DNA from: Eledone cirrhosa
Taxonomy: Eukaryota
Length of the DNA: 64,000 nucleotides
Assembly: GCA_964016885.1 (NCBI GenBank)
Contig: OZ024740.1
Span: forward strand, 163,432,001-163,496,000
Reading direction: 5' to 3'
The notes below the pieces were generated by a model. The model was not told where the DNA came from, searched no databases, and saw nothing but the letters and a program-made list of their open reading frames with translations. Shown here piece after piece: positions 28,480-39,525 of the stretch. The translations under genes and the position numbers were made by a program. Position 1 is the first letter of the stretch. Each line of letters begins with the position of its first letter.

Positions 28480-28815
28480 TCATTTCACTTTTTGCCGTAT
28501 CCATTGGTGAGGATTAGTCTACCACGTCCATAAACCTGAGCTTTGGTTTTCACGAAACCTTTACTGGTCCGTTCTGTGATGTTATTGCTCATCTTTTTCT
28601 TCTGATGTCCATGTTTTATTTCCCCTTGAAATGTTCCTTGGAAGATGGTTTTAGTCAATCCCTCAGATCTTGTCATGTGAGCATACAATCTCATTTCAAA
28701 AAATCATGAGCATCTTCTTCATGAAACAGATAAGCAATAAAGCATTCACGCATCAATCATACAATATGTGCAACTACAAAGACCTACTAACCGCTGTAAA
28801 GGAACAAAATTATGT
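28480..28815. mobile_element. Short RTE 3' fragment with inverted 5' part
   Basis: Minus 28485-28694 HMTRSEGLTKTIFQGTFQG..; plus 28690-28815 ..YKDLLTAVKE, the segment that precedes it in RTE proteins. Confidence 0.7.
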
Positions 28816-29851
28816 AGTAAGCTGGATAACACTGACTAACAAAGATTTGCTGCCTTAATGGGGTTTTTTTTCTAATTGTCGGAGCATGAAATATAATGGT
28901 TGTAGTCAGATGACGTTTTTTCCCCATACTAATAATTGGGGCAAGTTGGTAGTTGTTAGGGTTGGGGTATAGCTTTGAAGGATGTGTTTTATTTCCCTTT
29001 ATCTTGTGCGATATGGATTTTGAATGCGGGGTTGAATGTAGGTTTAAGGTTTACTCTGGCTTCAGTTCGTGAATAGTATTGGATTTGTTTACGTGCAAGT
29101 TAAAGCAATTGACAGTCTTAGTTACATATATTTGGAGTACTGATTGCAAATATACTTTTAGTTTTGCCCTATCAATTCTAGTTCTACACTCTCAAATTAA
29201 ACAAAAAAAGGCTCAGATATAAGTCAGCAAAGATTTGTGTTGCCCTGTGTTATTGAAACTATGATTGATGGGATATCTGACGCTACTAAGGTTGAAACTA
29301 GGATTTTTCAGATTGTTCTCATAGATTAAACATACATGAAACCAAAACAATTTCAGTTAACCGAAGAAAATTTATATGTTAACAACATGTTTAGCCTTGT
29401 CGTGAAATGGGTTTTGGCAGATTCATATCTACTTCTTGACAAACATAATAAAGAAACAAGCATACCCGTTTCCACATAATTAGCCGTCTTACTTTCTGTT
29501 AAAACATATAGTTCTGACGAAAGACTACATATTACAGCTCCATAGAAAACTCTTATTTGTCTTAGAAATGTATGTTTGCGGCTGTAATTCCTGGTGGAGA
29601 CGTACGGGGTGCCATTTCGACATACGGTTTGTCTCGGGTATTTTAAACCTAACGGAGCTCATCTCTTTTCAGGTTTGAACACAGCCGATTTCATCCAGAG
29701 AAAGAGGTAAAGAGAAGGAGAGAAGAAAGAGATATATAGGAAGAATCAACCACAACACTGGACTGGTAATTTTTTATCAACCTCGAAAGGATGAAAGATA
29801 AAGTTAAAATAGGTGGGATTTGAATATATGTATGTATATATATATACATAT

Positions 29852-29933
<82 letters not shown>

Positions 29934-30062
29934 AGGAAGTTATAGTTAACTTGAAGCATTGTGTAATGGGGGTATAAACGTTTGTATTTGTAAAGCCAAA
30001 ACAATGCAGGTATGGACATAGAATATAAATGCAAATGCAAAAGATATTGTTGACAATTAGTC

Positions 30063-30131
30063 TTTTACCTTAAATTTAATTAAATGTCCTTAATTTTCGA
30101 GATAATATCTCTTCTTCGGAGGGAAGTAAAA
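30063..30131 (-). ncRNA. Degenerate hammerhead motif (CCGAAGA core)
   Basis: CCGAAGA-AGAGAT att ATCTC-GAAA-ATTAA ggacat TTAAT-TA; stem I weak. Confidence 0.45.
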
Positions 30132-30610
30132 CGGTTAAACCAGTGTTCTAAATAGCTTGCCAAGTCATGCTGACGGGAAATGGTATAGAGTATCTGTTCT
30201 GTCTCTAATGTCAAAGAGTGAAGGTTAGGTGGATAAAGAGTAGTCTCCCTTTAAAAGGGGTTTTGTACATGTATGTTTAAGTGTGGGAGAATACGTGAAG
30301 GTGTAAGTATGTGTGTGTGTGTGTGTGAGTGTGAGAAGATATGTCTATACGTAAATGTGGAGGATAGATGCTCTCTCGTGTTAGAACTGGTCTTTGTGTG
30401 TGTATGTGTGTGTGTGAGAGAGAATAAGTGGAGGTGTAAGCGTGTGTGTGTGCGTGTGTGTGTGTGCGTGTGTGTGTGCGTGTGTGTGTGCGTGTGCGTG
30501 TGTGTGGGAGGGGGTGTAAGTATGGGGCTAGGTGCTCTATCAAGTTATAAATTGGGTGTTGAGTTCTAGTCTATTATTGATTGGTGGTTGTGTTTTGTCT
30601 ATAATCAGTG

Positions 30611-30655
<45 letters not shown>

Positions 30656-30671
30656 TTGTCTATAATCAATG

Positions 30672-30710
<39 letters not shown>

Positions 30711-31476
30711 TATACATATACTATACATACACTAAGAAGTACAAACATGCATTTACAGGGATTCAGCATGGAGTCACACATCTTTTGAGTGTATACAGTT
30801 GTATGTAAGAAAGAGAAAGAACCACTGGACATGAGCTAGCGTGTGTGTATGTATCTATCTGTGTGAGTGCGTGTATGTATGTATGTGTATATGTGTGTAT
30901 GTGTGTGTGTTTGTGTGAATCAAAGAGAGCACTCATCGATTTAGTGATCAATTGATTTATTTAATGCCTGACAAAATAAATGACAGAATAATTGACAGAT
31001 ACACTGTTGACCTGGTACTGTTGATAATGATATTAGTGTTGGTTGATATCCATAATATCACCAACAATGTCTCTACACTGTTCTATGGAAAGACTTTTTA
31101 CTTCAGTACTACAAAGAAAGTTTCTTTACTCTTTTGAAATTAAAAACGATATTTATCCAACGTGAGTGTTGGATTGGTGGAATCGTTAGAACGTCGGATA
31201 AAGGCTTAGCAGTATTTGTTCCGTCTCTCTACGTTCTGAGTTCAAATCCCTCCGTGGTCAGCTTTGCCTTTCACTCTTCCACCGAAAGTATCAATGACTT
31301 GCCAGAACTAATATCACTAACAACTTACTGTAAAGATTTGAACTATTATAGAACACTAACCACCAGTGAAGTCACTCTTCTGTTTTCTCAAATTATATAT
31401 ATATAATATATATATATGTGTGTATGAGTGTGTGTGTGTGTGTATGAGTGTGTGTGTTTGTGTGTATGTATGTATA

Positions 31477-31931
31477 TCTATATATCTAAAACAGAGAATG
31501 TCTGTCTGTCTGTCTGTCCAATCACTAAAACTCGAGAACCATCCAACCGATTATTTTCAAACTTTGCACATGTAATACTTATAGTCCTGTGAGCAAAATT
31601 TCATCAAATTTTCAATGCCCTAGGGATCGCATTAGGCGATTTAGCGATCTCTCTCTATAATTCTTAGTCTTTCTCTTTTTAGATAGATACATAGATATAA
31701 CGTTGCGCCCTTGTAATATCTGTCTGTATGCCTGGCTGTCTGCATTACGACATTATGACGTAGCTGTGTGAGTGTGTGTATATATGTATATATAGTGTGT
31801 GTATATATATAGTGTGTAACGTTTTTCGAAATATTTACTTCTGCGTTCACAGATTGATTATTTTATTTTAGTTTCAGAAGATCCCGTTAAGGCTGAAAGG
31901 AGCGATTCTTTGCTTAAACTTTAATCTGTTA

Positions 31932-31998
<67 letters not shown>

Positions 31999-32452
31999 GT
32001 GTACAGATATTTTTGCATACACAATAACAAAATATAAACAAAAGTATTTATTTCGCGATAAAGTATTGATTTTCTTCGCACGGAAAAAAAACCCTGTAAT
32101 GTACGACGAATCTTTTTATAAGCACTAAATGTAGACACCGTCCCGAGGCCGAGGTATTCCGTACTTCTCTGTACTGTTATATATATATATATATTCGTGT
32201 ACAGATATTTTTGCATACACAATAATAAAATATAAACAAACGTATTTATTTCACAAGGCTCGATAAGGATAAAAATATATCATTTTTGCATACACAATAA
32301 CAAAATATAAACAAAAGTATTTATTTCGCGATATAGTATTGATTTTCTTCGCACGGAAAAAAACCCCTGGTAATCTACGACGAATTTCTTTTTATAAGCA
32401 CAAAATGTAGACACCATCCCGAGGCCGACGTATTCCGTACTTCTCTGTACTG

Positions 32453-32551
<99 letters not shown>

Positions 32552-32697
32552 TATATTCGTGTACAGATATTTTTGCATACACAATAACAAAATATAAACA
32601 AACGTATTTATTTCACGAGGCTCGATAAGGATAAATATATATCAAATATATAAGAACCCTAGAGCAAATCCCGAGCAACGCCGGGCCATTCTGCTAG
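31477..32697 (+). mobile_element. Non-autonomous Helitron carrying nested repeats
   Basis: 5' TCTATATATCTAAAACAGAGAATG(TCTG)n; 3' CCCGAGCAACGCCGGG hairpin plus CTGCTAG then T; internal duplication about 31995-32280 / 32283-32635. Confidence 0.8.
31871..31919 (+). ncRNA. Hammerhead-like motif with CAGAAGA core (family copy 1)
   Basis: GTTT-CAGAAGA-TCCCGTTAAGGCT-GAAA-GG..GC-TT-AAAC; homologues at 41861 and 50158. Confidence 0.45.
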
Positions 32698-33444
32698 TAT
32701 AATACAAATGACATGCATCCTTACCTCATCGAAAACTTTGCTGGCAATGTAGTTTCGCGTATTAAGGTATTGTGGTGCCAATTTGTGCAACATATCAATT
32801 TAATGAACTGTTGGTGGGATGCATGTGAGACAATAACAAAACAAAATAAAGAATGGACAAAGAAAATTACGGTAGTCTTTCCATAAAAAGGGAACTAAGA
32901 CGAATGTTATTTTAATGAGATTTGACTACTCTTTCTAGCAGGTTAAGGTTACCTGTAAATACCGCCTTGGTCCGAACGTATATAGTAATGATGATATTAA
33001 AACCAAGAATTCAGCTCATGCTATTTGCTTAGATAAATTACAAATTTAAGAAATATAATAAGAAATAAAGCAAAAGAAGTTTGGAAATCATGGCAAACCG
33101 AGAAACAAAAAATTTAAAATATATAAAATTGAAGGAAACTAGCGAATATTCGTTTTATAGTAAATTATTTCGTTGGAAAAAGTATTCGGGCTATAAGGAA
33201 ACTGTATCTTTATGGATGGACAAGTTAAATGTTTTGCTATTTATTTAAAATGTATGATACCGATTATTTATAATGGTGGTGGATTAATAGAATCGTTAGG
33301 GCGTAGGTATAAATGCATTGCGGTATTTAGTTACGGGTCTTTACGTTCTAAGTTCAAATTGCACTGAAGTTGACTTCGATTTCCGGAGGTCGATATACTC
33401 GACTCTTCTCTTCCCCAAAACTTTCTAGCCATGTGCCTATGTAA

Positions 33445-33930
33445 GAACCGGGGCTTGTCCGACTTCCTCGTCTTTGCACCGGTCGCCGTCGAGACCTCAG
33501 ATATCCTTGGACACCGTACTGCCGAACTCCTCCACAAAATCAGAACATCAGCGGTCCATCTCAGGAATGAGCCCCACGAGGTGGGATGACTGTTGCAGCG
33601 GGTGTCGCTGGCCATTGTCCGCGGAAACGCCTTTGCAGTTTTGTCCACGAGGCGCAGCCGAAACACCGCCTTGTCCTAGTCATAGAGCTCATCATCGTCT
33701 CCTCTTTCCTCTCCCTTTCTTCTGTGGCGCAAGAGTCCTTGTTTTTTCATTCCTTTTCTTTCCGTTTGTGGCATTTATAGTTTTTCCTCTTCTCTCCTAT
33801 ACAGCCAGATTTGCCCTTCTTCACCCCTTCCCCCTCTTTTCGTTACTTAACTTTGTTTTTATCTTTCTTTTTGATATTTCCATCATTGTATAATTTCTTT
33901 TTCTAAAATATAGTTGACATAATAAAAGTT
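33445..33930 (+). mobile_element. CRE-clade non-LTR retrotransposon 3' fragment
   Basis: Translates to FAPVAVETSDILG..LLQRVSLAIVRGNA, the typical CRE C-terminal RLE region; pyrimidine-rich 3' UTR. Confidence 0.75.
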
Positions 33931-34757
33931 ATGATACCCGTAAAAGATATACAGAAGGTTCTGTGAAAAGTATTATGTATAATATACAGTGTTTACTAAA
34001 GACGTTGCTTGCCATAAAAACAACGCTTTTAAGTACTCACACATTTAAAATGAATTAAGGATACAATTACAGTGAGGGCTTAGATAGGATTTACAATAGA
34101 ATTCACTGAACTTACTCACACGCCTTACTCTTGTTTGTTCAATAAGCCAACACTAATCCGAAATCTCTCGTTGGGTTTAAAGTTTTGTCCGAACGTACAC
34201 AAGTATTAAATATACAAAACCAAAACTCTTTTCATTCTAATAAAACCATCCTGAAAATTTAGTTTTATTGTATAACAATACAATTGACCTTTTCTTAACA
34301 ATATTTAAAACAGATAAATGGAAAATTTTATTATAGCCTTTATAATCTGATATATTTACATTCTGGAAAATCTCATACATTTAGAAATAAACGTAAATAA
34401 AGGTTATATAATAAAAGAAAATAGCGCTACATAAACACGAAGCTGACCGGTGTGAGAACAGGAATGACGTGGAAGGAAACCGAATAATAATTATCATTAT
34501 GATACTTTCTTTATGTGACTTTTACGTTGACGAATAAACACCATCTACTTAAATAAATCCAACAAAAATCTGCACGTTTATTACAGTCAAGGTAGTTCTG
34601 TAAATGAGTTAAAACTCTACTGAACAATGAACTGTGATTAAAATATACAATATTACTTTAACGAGCTATATGCGAGCGACATTTACCTTTTTCAACTGAG
34701 ACTAAGCCATTAACTTAAATATATATTTATATACCTATACTCATTCATACATACATG

Positions 34758-35108
34758 ACATGATGGCTGCCCCCTCGTTATCGAGTATGGCCATTGCACG
34801 ATATACCGTTATTGATAATTATTAATTAATTCTATCGTGCAATGCCTGTGCGTGAAGATATTTTTTAAAGTGAGGAAAGACTGTGCACTGAGTTAATCCC
34901 ACTCTCAGAGCGACAGTAGCTATAACCCCAAAAGAAGAAAAGATCAACATCATCGGTAACTACTGAGCCGCAGGTTTTATATGGGAGTTATCCCAGTTTC
35001 CTGAGTTGCCTTCTCCTAGAAGAATGCCTTGAGATAGGCTAGGGTCCTTCACTCCCAGTGGTTTAACCGCGCGATCGGGTGTCCAGCCCGACCTTTTCTA
35101 TGTCCCCG
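34758..35108 (-). mobile_element. RTE-derived short (bipartite) element with (TATG)n tail
   Basis: 5' part AAGGC..TCTAGGAGAAGGCAACTC shared with 59670-59700; RTE-like 3' end CTCGATAACGAGGGGGCAGCCATCATG; second copy 35453-35922. Confidence 0.7.
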
Positions 35109-35194
35109 CGCATATACATACACATGCACCCATGTATATACACATATACATATACATACATATGTACATGTGTATATACATATTTACACACTTG

Positions 35195-35385
35195 TGGATG
35201 GCCGTTGACTCTTATGAGTTTTTCCGCCCTTTGTCAGGTTTTGTTTTTTGTCCTGCAGGGTGTCCAAAATGACCCTCCTCACCAAGTAAACTTGGTGGGG
35301 TTGCCGGTTTAGTCGCCGACGATCCGACCATGCGACAGGTTGTAGTGGGTTACATGTTACCAGTAGCACTCAAGAGTGACCCGAC
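35195..35385 (-). mobile_element. 5' module of an RTE-derived short element
   Basis: Homologous to 23261-23441 and 59443-59630. Confidence 0.7.
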
Positions 35386-35452
35386 ATATATACATACATA
35401 CATACATACATACATACATACATACATACATACATACATACATACATACATA

Positions 35453-35922
35453 CATGATGGCTGCCCCCTCTTTATCGAGTATGGCCATTGCACGATATAC
35501 CATTATTAATAATCATTAATTAATTCTATAGGGCGGTGAATTGGCTGTATCAGTGGAGGGTTGGACGCCATGCTTTCTAACATAGTTACGTCCCTTTACA
35601 GTTTGAGTTCAAATCCCGTCGAGGTTAACTTTGCCTTTCATCCTTACGGGGTCGATAAAATAAAGTACCAGTAATGTACTGGGTAATTGCCTGCCCTGTG
35701 CCAAAAGTAGAAACAATTAATTAATTCTATCGTACAATGCCTGTGCGTGAAGATATTTTTTAAAGTGAGGAAAGACTGTGCACTGAGCCAATCCCACTCT
35801 CTGAGCGACAGTAGCTATAACCCGAAAAGAAGAAAAGATCAACATCATCGGTAACTACTGAGCCGCAGGTTTTATATCGGAGTTATCCCACTTACCTGAG
35901 TTGCATTCTCCTAGAAGAATGC
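35453..35922 (-). mobile_element. Second copy of the 34758 element, interrupted by a SINE
   Basis: Direct similarity to 34758-35030; the empty SINE site is visible near 34821-34835. Confidence 0.8.
35530..35715 (+). mobile_element. Full-length tRNA-derived SINE with TSD
   Basis: A-box-like TGGCTGTATCAG, B-box GAGTTCAAATCC, tail GTAGAAACA; 15-bp TSD ATTAATTAATTCTAT. Confidence 0.9.
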
Positions 35923-36004
35923 CCTGACAAACATACATACATACACACATAGATATATACATACATACATATACACACATACTTACCTACACACATACCT
36001 GCAT

Positions 36005-36142
36005 GCATACATACATACATACATACATACATCCATACATACATACATACATACATACATACATACATACATACATACATACATACATACATACATACAT
36101 ACATACATACATACATACATACATACATACATACATACATAC
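36005..36142. repeat. (ATAC)n microsatellite
   Basis: Seen directly; similar tracts at 36926-37045, 58826-58948, 59345-59440, 60043-60122, 60363-60472 and 63766-63820. Confidence 0.95.
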
Positions 36143-36596
36143 AAATATATATAAAAAGAATATGCTTATTTATCGACATACCTACCTACATTTATATTCC
36201 AATATAAAATGAATATCGTAAATAATTATTCCAGAATTTAACATACATATATACAACATGGATGAGTCAACGCTGGAACTTCTGCGTGGTCCCTCAGTTT
36301 ACAGGAAATAGCAGCCAAATTTACTTTAAATCGCACCCTACAGGCTAACCTGAAAAGAAAAGATTGGATAGTGATGACAGGAATATTTATTCAATCAGGG
36401 TCGACCTGTGTGTTAAACAACAACATATATGTCTAAAACGTAATATACATGAATGGCGTACGCAAAAGAAAATGAATGAATTAAAATTTATCTCTTCGCG
36501 AAAATAAATTTTAAAAAAGCCAGTGGCAATTGTTTGTAATTATTTTTCGACTTGTAGAAATGTATGTCAACTAATCAAACCATGCTTGAGAAGACC

Positions 36597-36643
36597 ATGA
36601 TTCGCTGATGAGGTCTAATTAGACAGAAACATGTTCGTAGTTA
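36597..36643 (+). ncRNA. Minimal hammerhead motif
   Basis: CTGATGA-GGTCT AATT AGACA-GAAA-CATG-TT; palindromic stem III ACATGT; stem I short. Confidence 0.55.
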
Positions 36644-37051
36644 CCACTGTGCATATTCAGAAAAGTTATATTTTCCTCACTAAGTAAGGAAATTAAATTT
36701 TCAGTGAAATAAATTCCTTATTTCTTAAAAGTATCTCCCCTTTACTTTACCTCGTATTGAAACAAGCATCGATGCTAACAGCGATTTCATTGAGTAGATG
36801 TGACAAATATCTCAAGATTATTCATGCCAATCCTTTTACAAATAAAACTACTCTTTCATGTCTTATGTATCTTTTACTAAATTCATGCAAATGTCCTCAA
36901 AGAACTGAACAGCCCTGTGTGAATATACATACATACATACATACATACATACATACATACATACATACATACATACATACATACATACATACATACATAC
37001 ATACATACATACATACATACATACATACATACATACATACATACATCATCA

Positions 37052-37089
37052 CGAGCTGAGGATCCGCTAAGGTGAAACAATTGTTCTCG
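37052..37089 (+). ncRNA. Minimal hammerhead motif
   Basis: CGAG-CTGAGGA-TCCGCTAAGGT-GAAA-CAATTG-TT-CTCG; stem I CGAG/CTCG; palindromic stem III ACAATTGT. Confidence 0.7.
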
Positions 37090-37187
37090 GTATGGTGAAC
37101 TAACAGTTGTGTAACCACTTCTACCTAACTCGTCCAATGGACTGAGTGTTCTACCACTACGGATATTACCTTCCAGTGTTCTACCAC

Positions 37188-37240
<53 letters not shown>

Positions 37241-37247
<7 letters not shown>

Positions 37248-38772
37248 AATATAGACATAGAATATTCGAAAATATTCTGTATGTTTATAATAAACATTTT
37301 GAAGACCTAATCGCTATAGAATAGAATACGTCACGTATTACAATTAGATTCTCGATAAAAGCAAGGGAAGTAAGTCTACGCGTTTCATTCTTGTTAGAAT
37401 TCATCAGGACTACATATCCAGTGCTTTTATCGAGAATGACACAGCTAGAGACTTATAGAATACTTAGCTGTGTACAGGAACTGGTTTGAAAGAGCGGTTG
37501 CCGGTCCGGCAGAAATTAGAAATTGGAATAAATGCTCTGAAATAGCGATATATATGTGAATATAGACATAGAATATTCGAAAATATTCTGTATGTTTATA
37601 ATAAACATTTTGAAGACCTAATCGCTATAGAATAGAATACGTCACGTATTACAATTAGATTCTCGATAAAAGCAAGGGAAGTAAGTCTACGCGTTTCATT
37701 CTTGTTAGAATTCATCAGGACTACATATCCAGTGCTTTTATCGAGAATGACACAGCTAGAGACTTATAGAATACTTAGCTGTGTACAGGAACTGGTTTGA
37801 AAGAGCGGTTGCCGGTCCGGCAGAAATTAGAAATTGGAATAAATGCTCTGAAATAGCGATATATATGTGAATATAGACATAGAATATTCGAAAATATTCT
37901 GTATGTTTATAATAAACATTTTGAAGACCTAATCGCTATAGAATAGAATACGTCACGTATTACAATTAGATTCTCGATAAAAGCAAGGGAAGTAAGTCTA
38001 CGCGTTTCATTCTTGTTAGAATTCATCAGGACTACATATCCAGTGCTTTTATCGAGAATGACACAGCTAGAGACTTATAGAATACTTAGCTGTGTACAGG
38101 AACTGGTTTGAAAGAGCGGTTGCCGGTCCGGCAGAAATTAGAAATTGGAATAAATGCTCTGAAATAGCGATATATATGTGAATATAGACATAGAATATTC
38201 GAAAATATTCTGTATGTTTATAATAAACATTTTGAAGACCTAATCGCTATAGAATAGAATACGTCACGTATTACAATTAGATTCTCGATAAAAGCAAGGG
38301 AAGTAAGTCTACGCGTTTCATTCTTGTTAGAATTCATCAGGACTACATATCCAGTGCTTTTATCGAGAAAGACACAGCTAGAGACTTATAGAATACTTAG
38401 CTGTGTACAGGAACTGGTTTGAAAGAGCGGTTGCCGGTCCGGCAGAAATTAGAAATTGGAATAAATGCTCTGAAATAGCGATATATATGTGAATATAGAC
38501 ATAGAATATTCGAAAATATTCTGTATGTTTATAATAAACATTTTGAAGACCTAATCGCTATAGAATAGAATACGTCACGTATTACAATTAGATTCTCGAT
38601 AAAAGCAAGGGAAGTAAGTCTACGCGTTTCATTCTTGTTAGAATTCATCAGGACTACATATCCAGTGCTTTTATCGAGAATGACACAGCTAGAGACTTAT
38701 AGAATACTTAGCTGTGTACAGGAACTGGTTTGAAAGAGCGGTTGCCGGTCCGGCAGAAATTAGAAATTGGAA
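37241..38772 (-). repeat. Tandem array of 311-bp HHR-containing monomers (about 4.9 copies), retrozyme-like
   Basis: Unit starts at 37241, 37552, 37863, 38174 and 38485; copies essentially identical (one substitution noticed at 38370); HHR on minus strand at 37370-37413, 37681-37724, 37992-38035, 38303-38346 and 38614-38657. Confidence 0.95.
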
Positions 38773-39355
38773 CAGTTCCTGTACACAGCTAAGTATTCTA
38801 TAAGTCTCTAGCTGTGTCATTCTCGATAAAAGCACTGGATATGTAGTCCTGATGAATTCTAACAAGAATGAAACGCGTAGACTTACTTCCCTTGCTTTTA
38901 TCGAGAATCTAATTGTAATACGTGACGTATTCTATTCTATAGCGATTAGGTCTTCAAAATGTTTATTATAAACATACAGAATATTTTCGAATATTCTATG
39001 TCTATATTCACATATATATCGCTATTTCAGAGCATTTATTCCAATTTCTAATTTCTGCCGGACCGGCAACCGCTCTTTCAAACCAGTTCCTGTACACAGC
39101 TAAGTATTCTATAAGTCTCTAGCTGTGTCATTCTCGATAAAAGCACTGGATATGTAGTCCTGATGAATTCTAACAAGAATGAAACGCGTAGACTTACTTC
39201 CCTTGCTTTTATCGAGAATCTAATTGTAATACGTGACGTATTCTATTCTATAGCGATTAGGTCTTCAAAATGTTTATTATAAACATACAGAATATTTTCG
39301 AATATTCTATGTCTATATTCACATATATATCGCTATTTCAGAGCATTTATTCCAA

Positions 39356-39363
<8 letters not shown>
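38773..39363 (+). repeat. Inverted block of the same 311-bp monomer (about 1.9 copies)
   Basis: Reverse complement of the left block starting from 38727; 45-bp non-palindromic spacer 38728-38772; ends in (TA)n. Confidence 0.95.
38843..38886 (+). ncRNA. Minimal type I hammerhead ribozyme of the 311-bp monomer (also 39154-39197)
   Basis: GTAGTC-CTGATGA-ATTCT AACA AGAAT-GAAA-CGC-GTA-GACTTAC; complete canonical core; palindromic ACGCGT stem III; predicted cleavage after 38879 and 39190. Confidence 0.9.
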
Positions 39364-39395
<32 letters not shown>

Positions 39396-39525
39396 GGAAG
39401 CAGAACATTGGTTATTGGAATCCAGTTCGTGGTTAAGATAGCCAGTTTCATGGACGGTTTCAACGTACGGTTAGGGGTAACTCCACAATTTTGTAAGAAT
39501 TCCGTTCAATCTTGGAGTATAATTT

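Noticed and set aside
33155-33196. HHR-like TATAG..GAAATAATTTA-CTATA (minus strand)
   Set aside because: The CUGANGA box and stem II are absent; indistinguishable from chance in AT-rich DNA.
34430-34490. Promoter (TGACGT site, CpG-richer patch)
   Set aside because: A single short motif with no linked gene evidence.
35530-35620. tRNA genes
   Set aside because: A/B boxes belong to SINE heads; no complete cloverleaf.
37241-39363. CRISPR array or ordinary satellite
   Set aside because: Whole 311-bp units are identical with no unique spacers and no cas genes; the context is eukaryotic; the HHR core explains the unit better.
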